Of a DNA stretch of 64,000 nt, positions 1-14,719 are shown piece by piece (the stretch's first letter is position 1; every line of letters starts with the position of its first letter). The notes beneath the pieces were generated by a model. It made no database searches. It was not told where the DNA came from and saw nothing but the letters and a program-made list of their open reading frames with translations. This stretch comes from Octopus vulgaris. Its lineage: Eukaryota. Location: contig OX597814.1 of assembly GCA_951406725.2 (NCBI GenBank), positions 172,918,001-172,982,000 on the forward strand, written 5' to 3'. Position numbers and translations under genes: made by a program.

Positions 1-353
1 TGACAGCCGTAGTGGCTGCGGTATTAGTGGTGGTGATGGTGGTAGTAGAGAATTTCACCTTTAATTACTGTCATTTCTTTTTATATTTATTTGAATTTCT
101 TTACATATATATATAAGTACCTATCAATCGTTGTAAGAAATATTCCAAACAGTCTGCTTAGTTCAACATATGCTTTTGTAAAGAAATGCGATTGGTAGTA
201 CGTAAATAAAACATACTTAGCTATTTCATACGAAAAACATATATCTGATGAAAAACAGGGGAGATGGAATAATGGAGAGGGAGAGGGTGTTACAGGAAAT
301 AAAACCCGAACAAGTGAAGGAACAAACAACCATTAATGCACATACATATATTA

Positions 354-408
<55 letters not shown>

Positions 409-495
409 TATACGTATATACACATCAAATTAGACATACATACATATATATGTATCTACAGATATGCATATTTATAATATAAATATATATGTAAG

Positions 496-597
<102 letters not shown>

Positions 598-2233
598 AGT
601 ATGTATATATGTATGAATGTTCATATAGAAAAGAATGTATGCGTATGTATATTAATGCTCCTAGTTCATTTATATATGCGTCTGCATGCATATATACATA
701 CATGTATATAAGCATACTTACATACGTAAATGTAATATATATATAATGAAAAAGAAATAGTTAATATAAAAAAATACAACAAAAAATCGATTACCATCAA
801 CTCTGCAATTCTAAAAAAAGCGTGTATTAATGCATTAAGTTTTATTCCTTCCAAAGTCCTGTTGACTGCTGTTCATGATCACACACACACACAGACATTT
901 ACGTGAATATTCAAATATATATATGTATATATATGCATATATAAGCATATATGTATAAGCTTCCGCGTGTGTATGCATATGTGTATATATTCATACATAC
1001 GTATACTATACACTCCTATATGTATATTTGACATATATGCATATATATATATATACGTACTGTTGTATGGAGAAATTCGATTTGTCTATCAATCTATCTG
1101 CGTGGACTATCTTGCCGTCCACCAGAGAATAAGCTATTTTGAAACATTTCAAACGGTTTATTGATCCTCTTTTACTTGTAAACACGAAGTAACAACATCG
1201 TTATTACTTTTAGCAACAGTAATCGGGCGAACAATGGCATTGCATCTAAGTTATATTATATTTGTGTTATATATTATATTTTGCTTATATTGTATTATAT
1301 GTTGCAATTCACTTGGTCACACACCCACGCATACGCACACACATGGGCGCGCGCGCACACACATGCACGCACATATATATCTGTATACATATACGTACAT
1401 ATACATATGTGTGTGCGTACGTGTATGTGTATTTATATATTTACACATATACTCAGAAATTCATACACTCATAGATTCACACATTCACACACACACACAC
1501 ACACAAACACACACATATATGTATACATATATGTATACATATATACGTACATATATGTGTGGGTGCGTGTATGTGTATTTATATATTTATATATATATGC
1601 ATATCTATATATTCATATGCATATGTATATCTATATATTCATATGTATATGCATATATTATATATATATATATATATATCCCTATATTCGGTACTATATT
1701 TATACATATATTTGTGACTGTTTAAAGAAAATGTAGTAAAGAGACAAGGAGTGATATAGAGACAGAGGAACTGACAGACAGAAAGAGAGCGAAAGGAAAG
1801 AGGTGAAAGCAAAGTAAGAATGATTGATAGATTAACAGACGCACGTACACATACGTACACTCACATACACATACACATGCTTACGTCTGATAAGCTTATA
1901 CATAGTCATGCTGTGTAAATGGCTCCTTTGGTTAAGTCGTAAGACCTTTTGCACAAAATGAACCGTAGAACAGTTAGTTTCATATGCCATATAGGCGACA
2001 GAACCATAACCAAATGTGTCTGTATATAGGTATAGAACCACATCTGAATGGTACGTATTTCGACTTGTCCAAATATGGCGTATTTCTACTAAAAAGTGCT
2101 CGACAAACAAATAAATTTGATCTAAGAATTCGTCTTAGCATATTCTCTTTATTTCATAAAATATGATTCTAGAAAGTTGATGACGTTTGAATATAATATA
2201 ATATAATATAATATAATATAATATAATATAATA

Positions 2234-2476
2234 TATTCTGTTGTATCTGGGGAGAGTCATTTTCTTTTTGTGTCTTGTGATTTAACACACTGACCGGTAA
2301 AATTTCCACTTATTTCTTTTTATTTTCCTAAAATTTTCGTTGCGTCTTGTAACCTTTTCAATAATCTGTTAAATTATAAGGCACAAAAAGAAAATGACTT
2401 TCCCCAAACACAGCAGAATATACTTCAACACACGAACTCACATAAAGAATTTTGCAAACCAAATCCAAAAACGAAA
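2234..2476. mobile_element. Penelope-like terminal fragment with inverted duplication
   Basis: 2234-2287 is the imperfect reverse complement of 2367-2421. The same family recurs at 60428-60850. A hammerhead-like motif lies on the minus strand at 2328-2364. Flanked by (AATAT)n. Confidence 0.6.
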
Positions 2477-4316
2477 TAATATAATATAATATAAGCTCAT
2501 AGTCAGAACGCAGATTGTGAAAATACTTAAGTAAAGTTATTGCCGTGTTCACACTGTTCATAAGCTTTCACGGACATTCCGAATATTGTGATTATTACAT
2601 TTTGCAGGACCGTCTTAAGAACATTTGTAGAACAATATTCAGATAGATTTTTACACATTTACAATACATAAGGCAAATGAATGTGATTATAGCTAAGTAC
2701 CTTTTAGTGATATGGTTCTTGGCTTCTACAATTCCTTATTCGTTTCAATTCGTCTCATTTTTCTCGTAACTTCGCTTCGCATTACACACGCAACAAGCCC
2801 GATGATTATAAAATTTACCCTCAGCACTACACTACGAGGTCTGCTTCTTACATGAAACCAGTGGTAACATGGATGTGAATAATTGTATTATATGCAAAAT
2901 AATGTAAATATTTCACTTATCATCTAATAAACTGAGTTCCTTCAAAACGTTAACATATAATATACAATATAGAAGCACTCACACAGAAACACAAAAAACA
3001 CACAAAAACCTACACATAGACATACATAATCCAATAAAGAGTTTATGTTATCATAGTCCTTTTACTCTTAATATCGGGTTGCACTTCTTCAAATCAAAAT
3101 ATTATTCTGTATAAGCGTTAAACGGAAACTGTATAAATCTCAGGTTTATACATTTTTACTTCTACAATTATCCTTAGCTCCTGTTTATGATGTGCGTATC
3201 TCTCCTTATGTTTTTATAAACAAAAATACACACAAACGCACACACAAAAACATATACATACACGCCCGCACAAGAAACATATAAAATATGTGTTAATATT
3301 TGTATGTTTGTACGTGTGTGTGTACGTATGTGCGTGTGCGATTGTAACTATATATATCATATTTAGATAAACAGATAACGAAACAGATAAATATAGATAG
3401 TTAGATATTAGATATTTATACACACACACACACACACATATATGTGTATATATATATAGAGAGAGAGAGAGGAGGGGAGAGAGATGTGTGTGTGAGTGCG
3501 CGCGCGCGTGTGTATATGTAAACGATGTATGCTTTAGTCAAGGCTTCACTTGCATTTAAATATTTGAAACAAATATATATGTAACGGCATACATTCAGAC
3601 CCATATATATATAAACATACATACAGGCACATAGAGTGGTGTATGCGTATATGCATACATACAAATACATAAAACAACATTGCGTATGTAATTGTGTGTA
3701 TATATGTGACTTGTGTTCATAGATGTATTTGTGCCTGTGTGGTTTTGTATCCACCCGTATTTAGGGTATATTTACGGGTGCGCATATCAAAACTCAATAG
3801 GCGAAAAGATATATGATACGAAGGAGCTCATGTTCTGTTAGATCAAGTGTAGGGTCTGCGATTCGTACGGGGTGTATGAGTGCAAAACTCCTGTTCCTAT
3901 ATGTGGATGTGGTTTAGTATGAAGGAGACTGTCACAGATACAGCCATATATATATGCGTTTATATACACACACACATATATGTATACACACATATATATA
4001 TATACACATATATGTATATATACATACATAAGGTTACAAACACGAAGGCACTCTTACATGTGTGGATATATAAATATACATGGGTGTGTGTACAGATATA
4101 CCTGCGTGTGTGTGTATATATGCACACACCTCGCCATGGGTTGGTGTATATGCATATGCCCTCGAGATGACCAATCACTTGTAGGTGAAATTTCGGAGAG
4201 GAAAATTGCGCAAAAGATATTTCTGTGTGAATATATGGTTTTTACTGTGCCTATGTATGTACGCATATATGTATGTGCGTATATATCTATATATGTATAT
4301 ATACATATATATATAG

Positions 4317-4373
<57 letters not shown>

Positions 4374-4400
4374 CTACATATATGTAAATGTGTATATATC

Positions 4401-4455
<55 letters not shown>

Positions 4456-4635
4456 ATATAAAGTTTGTGTAAATTTGCCTGTGTATGTAAGTTAATGCAC
4501 AAGATAACACGAAACCTCACGCACTGGGGTATGCGATAAATGATAAAACGTCTGTGCGTTTGTGTATGTGTGTGACAGAGAGAGTGTGTGTGCGTGCATG
4601 TGTGTATTGTAGAGGGATGTATATAAGTATATGGA

Positions 4636-4671
<36 letters not shown>

Positions 4672-4956
4672 TGTGTATGTGTTATTTGAACGTACAAACA
4701 TAGACACAGACACACACACAAACACAAATAAACAAGTGCAAATGTGAGAAAGATGTGTTCGCACTCAGACAATCGCTGAACATGTATGCCAATAATTGCA
4801 TCAAGTAATTATTTAACAATCACCGTCCATCTTGCTTCTCAACAACCATAAATAACGGAGATAAGACCTCAAATATTTATTTTTAATTTTCTTTCTACTT
4901 CCGTTTTTTTTTCTTCTTTCATTTTTGTTCTGAATACGTACAAGGACACATATACG

Positions 4957-5006
<50 letters not shown>

Positions 5007-5305
5007 CATGTATGTATGTATGTATGTATGTATGTATGTATGTATATATATATATATGTATTTATGTATGTATGTATTTATGTATGTATATTAAGACATG
5101 AATATAGAGGTATATTTCAATAAATACATTCGTTTATATGTATATGTGTACTGCGCGCGCACACGCACACAAACATATACATGGTAATATATACTGCTTT
5201 TGTTTGTGTCTGTCTCTCTCATACTATCTCTCAATATATATCTATCTACTTATCTATCTATATCTATATATATATATCTATATACATACATATATAATAT
5301 ATATA

Positions 5306-5378
<73 letters not shown>

Positions 5379-6035
5379 GTATATATATATACATGGTATG
5401 TGTGTACACATATGGATATGTTTGCACACGCACACATCCATATTTTTCTATTCTCCCCCTTGGTGAACTTGATATAACAAGATTTTGTTTGTCTACAAGG
5501 GCAACGAAGTTTATGAAAAAATATGATAATTGTACAAGGGAGAATTTTAAGACTTCTCTGGGATTATCTATTTGTGATTGTGTGTGTATGTGCATATTTG
5601 TGTGTGTGTGTGTGTGTGCGTGCGTATATCTGTGTTTGGGTCTTTAGGTGTGTGTGTATGTTGCACTGCCAATTGTGCGGGTTATTAAATTGTGTGTAAC
5701 ACTTCTACTATGCTTCATGGCTTTGCAGTAATAACTGTTTCCATGTGTGCTTTTAGTTTTGTGTATATAAATATATACATATATACGTACGCACAAACAC
5801 ATACACACACACACATAGTCCTGATACCCAAAGAAAGTACGAGAGAGTGTGAAATAATTGTTTTTCTATTTTCTTTTTTGGAACGGTTTAAATCGAAGGT
5901 GATAACCCTAAATATTGGATTAGACACTCTTTGGATACAAGTAGAGTTTGAAACAATACGAAACAAAAAGAGAAATTATCTACACACACACACACACACA
6001 CACATAAATACATGCAGACAGACAGACAGACAGAA

Positions 6036-7425
6036 AATACGAACCTCGGAATTCTTTGCATTCAATAAAACTGTGGCCCACAATGTGTTTGCAGTGCCAG
6101 TACTCATATCAACATTTGACCTACCTGATTCGACGCTTGCCGAGATCCGAGCTATCGATGTGAAAAAACCTGAAGATACTAACCAACACACATAATTTCT
6201 ACATCAATAGTGACGTAGACTACCTCTACCTAAAACGAAAGTAAGGCTTAGCATCAATCCAGACTGCCTTTGAATGTCGAGTCATATCCCCTCGGCAATA
6301 TCTTTTAACCACCAAGTGTTGAAGTGCATCCCTTAACCAAGTTTGCATACATGAGGCTGATAACATCATGAGACTTGAAAAGCAGCTCTTTGTGCAGCAT
6401 TTATGGTTTAATGATGTTAAATACATAACCAAAGAAGTCGCACGATTCTACATATCATCAGATGAAAGGATGAGCGTATATCGGTAGAAGACCAGCGTGG
6501 ATATGTTAGCAGAAAGCTCTGGGATGATAGCGATCATGAAAATAGTCTGTCACGGACCAACAACCGGACTACTAACTCCCACTTTTAAGGGTAATATCCA
6601 CCAGATACCTGATGCACAAAAGGGACAGAGAAGGAGAGAAAAGCAGGAAAAAGTGATAACCGATGCAGACTTTGTGGAGTTAACACCGAAAGTGTCACCC
6701 ACATCATAATCAGTTGTCCGATGAAACATAATGTTGTTGCTAGGACACAGTATAATGAGATCCGAACGAAGGATAAACCCGAGGCCAATGAAATAAGAAC
6801 CTACAGAATGGTAAAAGCCAATAGCTACTCAATTTAAATGCGTACTTGTGGAATGTGCCAGTTTATACCGTCATAAAATGTAAACATAACAGACCTGACA
6901 TAGTAATTATGGTATAAGGAGAGAAACTGTGTACAGTTGTGGAAATCAGATGCCCAGCAGTTGTTAATCTGAAGCTAAAGGTCAGCGAGAAAGAATATAC
7001 CTACGCTGAACTATTGAGTAATCTACTACTAATCTATTCATATTATAAGTTCAGGTTTATACTTGCAATAATTTGGGCATTGGAATATGTAACACATTGT
7101 CGAAATATCTTCAGAAATTAGTCTTCTTAAAACCAGAGAGGAGAAAGTTGATTAAAATACTACAGATCCAAGCCATCACAGGAACTGCAAAAATCTGTAA
7201 AACATTCCAGAAGTTCTTCATTTAAGTATATTTGAGCTTGTCTAGATATGTAAGTATATGCAGGGAATACATACATCAAACAAAATATACAAATCTGCAC
7301 AGATATACATATACATACAAAAATATCCCGTTGATGTTGACATTCCAATGAAAGAGTCTTGGCTGTAGATTAGAAACCAGCTCTTTCTCAATTGGCAAGA
7401 AATCTTTAAATAAAACTCAACAATA
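6036..7425 (+). mobile_element. R4/Dong-type non-LTR retrotransposon relic (RT C-terminus, CCHC knuckle, RLE), 5'-truncated
   Basis: Disrupted translation: FNKTVAHNVFAVPVL, NSDVDYLYLKRK, CRLCGVNTESVTHIISC, KCKHNRPDIVI, VVEIRCPA (PD-(D/E)xK restriction-like endonuclease). Contains stops and frameshifts. Confidence 0.8.
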
Positions 7426-7534
7426 ACATAGATACATACATACATACACACATACTTACATACAACCATTCATACGTACATACATACGTGCATTCATTCA
7501 TTCATACATACATACATACATACATAATACGTAA

Positions 7535-8495
7535 AAGAGAATTGAGCAACATTGTTCGAGCTAGAAGTGAGCTCCTCATGTAGCACTTTCTTCCTGATGA
7601 TCTCCCATACTATCCCCCAAAAGCTGGACTCTCTTACCTCAGAGAAGACATGGATTGAAAGCACCCAGTATACAAAATGACTATATATGGGTACGTTGCA
7701 CGGAAGCTCAAAGAAGACAGTAGATTTGACACGATGCGCAGCCTCTGTTGAACACAAGACCACTACATCACATCTCACTTTGAAGGCTATTCGTTTGCAA
7801 TCCAGGAACAGGGGATCGCCGCAAAGTACCTGGTGGACAAGAGAGACAGTGATGCTCCTGTGATCCCAAGGTGCAATCGCATGTGTAGGCTATGTCATGT
7901 TTATGTGGAAAACATCATGCATGTGGTTAGCAGCTGTCCTAAAATGTCATCACGATCCTACCTCCCTATGCGTCACGATGTTGTTGCTAAAACAATTTAC
8001 AATGCCATTCGAAAAAGTCAGACCTGAAATAAATTTAGAATCTCCCTCTGTTATGGAATACATTCATAAACACTAACTCAAAGAATACTGGTGGAATATT
8101 CCCATCAAAACTTCTGTGAAATGTTAACGGGCCGCATACTGTTGTTTGGGACAGAGGGACAAAGGTATGAACCATCATAGAGGTCAGTTGCCCTGCAGAT
8201 ATAAACATCTCTTCGAAGATATCTATGGACAATTGCTTCTATATCCAGACTATGAATTCATATTCATAGCAATAATAATTGGAGCACTTAAAGGAGAATC
8301 TGGAAAAATTGAGATTTTCAAGAAGAGAAATCGACCGGCTAATTCGTACATTACCAGTGCAATCTGGGAGTAGAACAGTAAAGAGATGCAAAACTTTTCT
8401 CAAGTTCCAAATGGAAATTTGTCTGCAGCCTTGTATCTTTGTTGGAAACCTGCTCCCTCCTCAGTGGAAGATTTATAATAATTAAAACTAGAACA
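7535..8495 (+). mobile_element. Second R4/Dong-type relic (CCHC + RHD + RLE)
   Basis: AIQEQGIAAKYL, CRLCHVYVENIMHVVSSC, PMRHDVVAKTIYNAIR, EYWWNIPIKT, IEVSCPAD, FIAIIIGAL, VKRCKTFLKF. Frameshifted. Confidence 0.85.
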
Positions 8496-8946
8496 TACAT
8501 ACATATATACATAGAGAAGCAATACCGATTTTCCGATATCCTTGCTTCCAAAAGGGTCATCTGTGCTCACGTCATAATAATTCATCAACACTCCTGTACC
8601 AACTTATTGTACACCTCCAATGCGTTTAATGCACCATGAACAGCTCTGCATATCTTGGATCTATATTGGTTGGTGTTTACGTTCGACGATCGCAATTCCC
8701 TTAACTATAGTAACCATTGCTAAGAATAAACTGAACTAAATAAACAGATGATCTTTCAAAATTTAGGCATCGACACTTACAAAATCTAATGTAAATTAAC
8801 GTGTGTAGACACACGGTACACACAGTGCTACCTGCGAAGGTATAGTGGATTAGACTGGTGATTGCAGTAATTTCATGTATCTCCTATTAATTTATCAGGA
8901 TCAAAACAAATGCAGGACCATAAGTTGGGATAACATTGGTGGTATA

Positions 8947-9027
<81 letters not shown>

Positions 9028-9099
9028 ATGTATATATATATATGTGTGTATATATATATGGGTACACCAGCTATATATATGTGTATGTATGTATGCATG

Positions 9100-9135
<36 letters not shown>

Positions 9136-9292
9136 TATGTATATATATATAACTGTATAAATAAATAAGGATTTACATACATATATATATGTATATATAT
9201 ATATGTATATATATACATATATATATGTACTGATATGTGTATGTATGTATGTATAGATAGATAGATAGATGATAGATAGATAGATAGGTAGG

Positions 9293-9410
<118 letters not shown>

Positions 9411-9544
9411 TACACGCACACAATCAAGCGAAGCTTTCAGAGTGAAATGATTTTGTAAATACGTAAGTAGTTACATATGATATAATATAAAATATGTGTA
9501 TATATATCACATATGATATAATATAAAATATGTGTATATATATC

Positions 9545-9591
<47 letters not shown>

Positions 9592-10036
9592 TTGTAGTCA
9601 TGCATCCCTGTGTGTAGCATACATGTATATAAAAATTGCGTTACACACACATAAACACACACATATCACTCACACATCGAATTACGCCCGTACACACGAA
9701 TGCACACGTGAACACAGGTCTTGCTAGGTAGGTAGTTAAACGAAGAAATAAGTCCTTGCTTCTATGTACAAACACGTAAGCTAGCAGTATTTGTATGCAG
9801 TCACCTCTTTGACATTCGAAAGTATTCCTCATATATCACGTCGGAGCATTAATAAGCAAGCGTGTCGCAATGTATAACAAGATGAAAGACATATTCTAAC
9901 ATGGCGAATATCGGATTTTACATCAATGAACATGCTTGCTATTGTACGTTTGTGTTTGTGTACTTACGTCTGCGTATGAGTTTGTGTACATTAACGTGTG
10001 TGAGTGTGTGTAGGTGTGTCTATGGCTGTATGTCTG

Positions 10037-10088
<52 letters not shown>

Positions 10089-10504
10089 TATACGCATATA
10101 TGCATTTGTGTATGTGTAAATATGTATATACATATATGCTTATATACATACATGCTCACAGATTTAGGTGCCGCATATATAGGTATGTGTATATATATAT
10201 ATATATATATACACGTACATACACGGTGTGCGTCTGATAAACTTTAGTATTAAAAATAGCGAAGTTGTTTTGCTTCTGTTATTGTTTTTTTGTTTTTTTA
10301 ATGGACTTTTGTTTATTTATTTAAAAATACCACAGATAAAACAAACCGCTTTTCGATATGTGGTTACTTCACACAAATACGAACGTATTTGAACTTATAG
10401 TATTACACACGCACACACACGTACATACACATGTATATACATCATATGCATATGTATATATATATATACATATACGCACATATATATCCATACAAACACA
10501 CACA

Positions 10505-10562
<58 letters not shown>

Positions 10563-11024
10563 CACACACACTCTGATAATTCATATATCAATGTGTGTGT
10601 ATGTATGTGCATGTGTGTGAATGCATGTGAGTGTGAAAGTTACATCGTAATTTTGTCCGATATACTCTGTCTAAGTCTTTGAAATCAGGCTGCTCAACAA
10701 AATATGTAAAAATAATACATGCGTTTTAGATTCGTTAGACAGAAATGTCGCAAAAGCGTATAGGACCTATTGTAATATATCTCAGCGTACAGGAATTAAA
10801 TATATCTAATTTCTGGTTTCGGTTTTGGCATAGTCTCATAGTCATGTGAGAGAATTGACGATGAATGTGTTGGTGAATTTCAACAGTGCCTTTCTTTCGC
10901 TCTTTATACACATATAAACACGCATAAACCCGTGTGTATGCATGTTTGTGTGCATACACACAAACATGCATACATATACACATATATGAATGCGTATACA
11001 TATTTACATAAAGAGATGAAGATA

Positions 11025-11590
11025 TTGGGTTGTCCGGAAGTTTGTGCCGATTTATAGTGGCTTACCTTTCGACTTATTATAGAACATGATTGTGTCCATA
11101 AACTAGGATTTGACTACACCTCCATTCAGAACACAGTTTAAGCTATATTTTCGTGGAAGAAGATTTATGTTCCTATAACCTGTGTTAATTCTGTAACCCT
11201 TTAAAATAGAAGATAAGAAAGTTCATTTTCGGCACTTGAGGCTTTGGGAACCAGAAAAAATTGCTGCAGCTCGGCTAGGATGTGTTACCCCACCCTCCAT
11301 ATTCACCAGATATTGCTCCTTCAGATTTCCACTTATTCAGGTCTCTGCAGAATAGTCGTAATGGTAAAAATTTCAATTCCTTGGATGACGTAAAAAGATA
11401 CCTTGATGAATTATTTGCCATGAAGCCACCTTAATTCTGGGAAGAGGGTATTTTCAAGTTAAAGGAAAGATGGAGACGCATTGTGCAACAAAATAGTTCA
11501 TATTTGGTTGAATTAAAAATTGTAATGGCAAGTATTTATTGACCTTTTTCTTTCCTTTTAAAATCGGCACGAACTTTCTGGACAACCCAA
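11025..11590 (+). mobile_element. Internally deleted mariner (Tc1/mariner) element
   Basis: TIRs TTGGGTTGTCCGGAAGTTTGTGCCGATTT / AAATCGGCACGAACTTTCTGGACAACCCAA with TA on both sides. N-terminal EDKKVHFRHL is fused to C-terminal LPHPPYSPDIAPSDFHLFRSLQ...KERWRRIV. Confidence 0.93.
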
Positions 11591-11995
11591 TATGTATATG
11601 TATTTATAAATTTAGATATATTTCGATTAAAGTTGGTCAAGGTCTTGCTTAACTCTCTGAAAAATGCGGCCAACGTGACAAATCAAGCTGAAGTAAATCT
11701 CCAGAATCATACAAGTAGCAGGATGTATCCTAGTTTCGTACAGCCGTTGGTTGGATCGGTAACTGACAATCATGCGAAGCAACCTGGCACCAAAGGGGTT
11801 GAGGCGGCTCCTAAGGGTCGCGGTCCCAAGTCTCACACCTATAGAGAAAGAGATACTTGAAGACCCGAACATCCTGCTGATATACTTGAAGACCCGAACA
11901 TCCTGCTGAGATATTGGAAGCGCTAAACACCCTCGTCCAGTGAATATACAGCTGCACCATCAAGTTCAACTCTTCGTGAGACTTCAGATTCGAGT

Positions 11996-12215
11996 GGAGT
12001 CGCGTGGCTTAGTGGTTAGGGTGTTGGACTCATGATAGCAAGATTGTGGTTTCAATTCCTGGACCGGGTGACAAGTTGCGCTCTTGAGCAAAATACTTCA
12101 TTTCACATTTTACGTTGCTCCAGTCCACCCAGGTGGCAAAACTGAATAATCCTGCAATGGACCGACGTCCCATCCAGGTGGGTAATATTTATACGCCATG
12201 GAAACCGGGAAACCA
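11996..12215 (+). mobile_element. tRNA-derived SINE
   Basis: A box TGGCTTAGTGG, B-box-like GGTTTCAATTCC, body CTTGAGCAAAATACTTCATTTCAC...TTGCTCCAGTCCAC shared with 17505-17791 and 51215-51490. Confidence 0.8.
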
Positions 12216-12464
12216 TTCCAACGGCAGTAATTCCGTTAACTATACTCTGTTTTTGCTTATTTTTAAATTGCCTACGTATTTCTAATTTGATATTTTTGGT
12301 GTTCGCTATATTGAATATGCAAACACTGATTTGGCCGCCTTTTTTGTCTCAAGGAACTGCCATCCCATTCATTTATGCTCTTGAACTATCGATTCTTTTG
12401 ACTAGATCTACTCACTCTGTGTAGGAGTTCGTTTTCGGATTGTGTGCTTAGGAAACGTGCTTTG

Positions 12465-12720
12465 CAACCGTGTTGTTTCGGATTCAGTCATTCTGTGTGG
12501 CATCTTGAGCAAATACCTTCTGCTACTGTCCCAGACCAACCAATGCCTTACTAATGAATTTAGTATATGGAAATTTTTGGAAGTCTGTCATACATACATG
12601 GATGTGTGTATGTATGTGTGTGTGTGCGCGCGCTTGCCATTCCACCATAAATTGAAAACCGGTGTCCCAGTAACTGAGCGGTTTGGCAAATGATCGATAT
12701 AATAAATACCTGACACAAAA
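12465..12720 (+). mobile_element. Degenerate SINE (family of 18983-19382)
   Basis: Diverged match to the head (GGCATCTTGAGCAAATACCTTCT) and 3' half (GTAACTGAGCGGTTTGGCAAA) around an internal (GT)n tract. Confidence 0.55.
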
Positions 12721-13007
12721 AAATATAAAGGGGACGATCAGTGCAACTACACGCTTCAAGCCAGTACCCCAGAATGCACACACACACACACATGCACACA
12801 TGCACACACACACACACACATATATATATGTATTTGTTTAAATCGTTACAAATCTTTCACAAATAGAACGCAAACACGCACACACACACACACGCACGTA
12901 AGCACATATACACACACACTTTTATACTCAGATTTGTTAACATCTAATGGAAGTCTGCCATCATTGATGTCAACGCCCATGAAATTTCGCTAATATTTCT
13001 ACAGATT

Positions 13008-13202
13008 CAGGCAGCGAGAATGGGCGAATCGTTACCGCGCCGGACACAATGCTTTACGTCCTGAGTTCAAATTCCGCCGAAGTCAACTTTGCCATTCATC
13101 CTTTTCTGGGTCGATAAAATAAGTACTAGTTGAGCCTTAGTGTCGGTTTAATCGACTTACTTCCTCCCGAGATTTCTGGCCTTCTCCTAAAATTTAAAAC
13201 CA
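13008..13202 (+). mobile_element. SINE (family of 16695-16924)
   Basis: B box GAGTTCAAATTCC and body GTCAACTTTGCCATTCATCC...GTCGATAAAATAAGTAC. Confidence 0.7.
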
Positions 13203-14408
13203 ATATTTCAGCAGATCATATGCTTATTACTTCAAAACTGAAAATTTAAATTTCCTCACTGTGCTCTGTACTCATTGCTATAATTCAGTACTCCTAGAAA
13301 AATTTTATATTATCTTCCTCGTTCAGATTCTAGTAATTATTTAGCAGGATGAAAAAGGGGAATACTGTTTCACTAAAAACAGAACGTCTAGAGAATGTGA
13401 GTCGAATGTTTAACAATTTTCCCACAACCAACAGAAATGTTAAGGGTCGTTACGATTTAACCTTTCAGATACCGAGTGAAAAGGCATAAGATAAGGGTAT
13501 CTATTTAGCGGCAACTCCTGTATTCTGTGAGTGAAGAAATGCATTTTATTGCCTACTAAGAAAAAAAAAGAAGACAAAACTATGAGGAAAAAGAAAGAAT
13601 TGATTAAATGCTATACGCGCTCGAGTAATGAATGTTATCACACGGTTGCGATTGGATTTATTGACAAAGTAATGCAGACAATGAAACAAAGAAACTTAGC
13701 GGAAAAATACTTACTGAAATGTTAGCAATGGTGAGTCGATATGGACCTTTTGCGTATTTGCTCAAACAGGTGACTGATATATTCGAGTAATTCTCCCGTA
13801 GATTGTTTAGGAAGAAAATTTCTACACTAACAGCATACATATATACATACATACATACATACATACATGCATGCATGCATACACGCACACACACACACAC
13901 ACACACGCACACATATAATTTTGTTTTGAGAATTCGTAAGAATCAAGGCACGTCAATTCGTAGGACGCAAAAAGTGGCTAGGCACGATAACATGGAGTTC
14001 ACGGTGAAATAAATAACATTGAAGTCCTCAAGTATTGGTAGGATACAGTGTACACGCAAGTGTCAAATATAATTCAGACCATAGATCCGACACAGGAGTT
14101 GGTCTTTTGTGTGGCGTAGATATAAAATGTAAAGACAAATAACTTTTAAAATGTGCGACAGCCGTTTCGGGAGAGTTTTGATACCTGCATTAAATGAATA
14201 AAATTCTACCGAAACAGGTGTCTTAAATTTCAAGTGCCATTTGCGATTACTTTATATAGACAAATATACATACATACGCACATGCACATACGCATATACA
14301 TATATATATGTATATATATACATACATACATGCGTTTAAACACACACATACATACATACATATATACACACATACATACATACATACATACATACATACA
14401 TACATACA

Positions 14409-14440
<32 letters not shown>

Positions 14441-14596
14441 CGAGCAAAACGCCCCCGTCCAATGTACGGTGCTGAGTTCTCAAACATTTAAACCAAATTT
14501 TCTCAAAACAACTTGTCCGACCGTCCCATAGGCCTCCCCTTTGAGAAACAGTGATTTAACCTAAATTTGAGACACCGGCAATAGAAGAAATAAAGA

Positions 14597-14672
<76 letters not shown>

Positions 14673-14719
14673 TGCAGTAGCATATGCATGTGTGTGTGCG
14701 TGTATTTATTCACCTAAAG

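Noticed and set aside
11853-11909. 28-bp direct repeat, CRISPR-like length
   Set aside because: Only two adjacent copies with no spacers, in a eukaryotic context. It is a simple tandem duplication.
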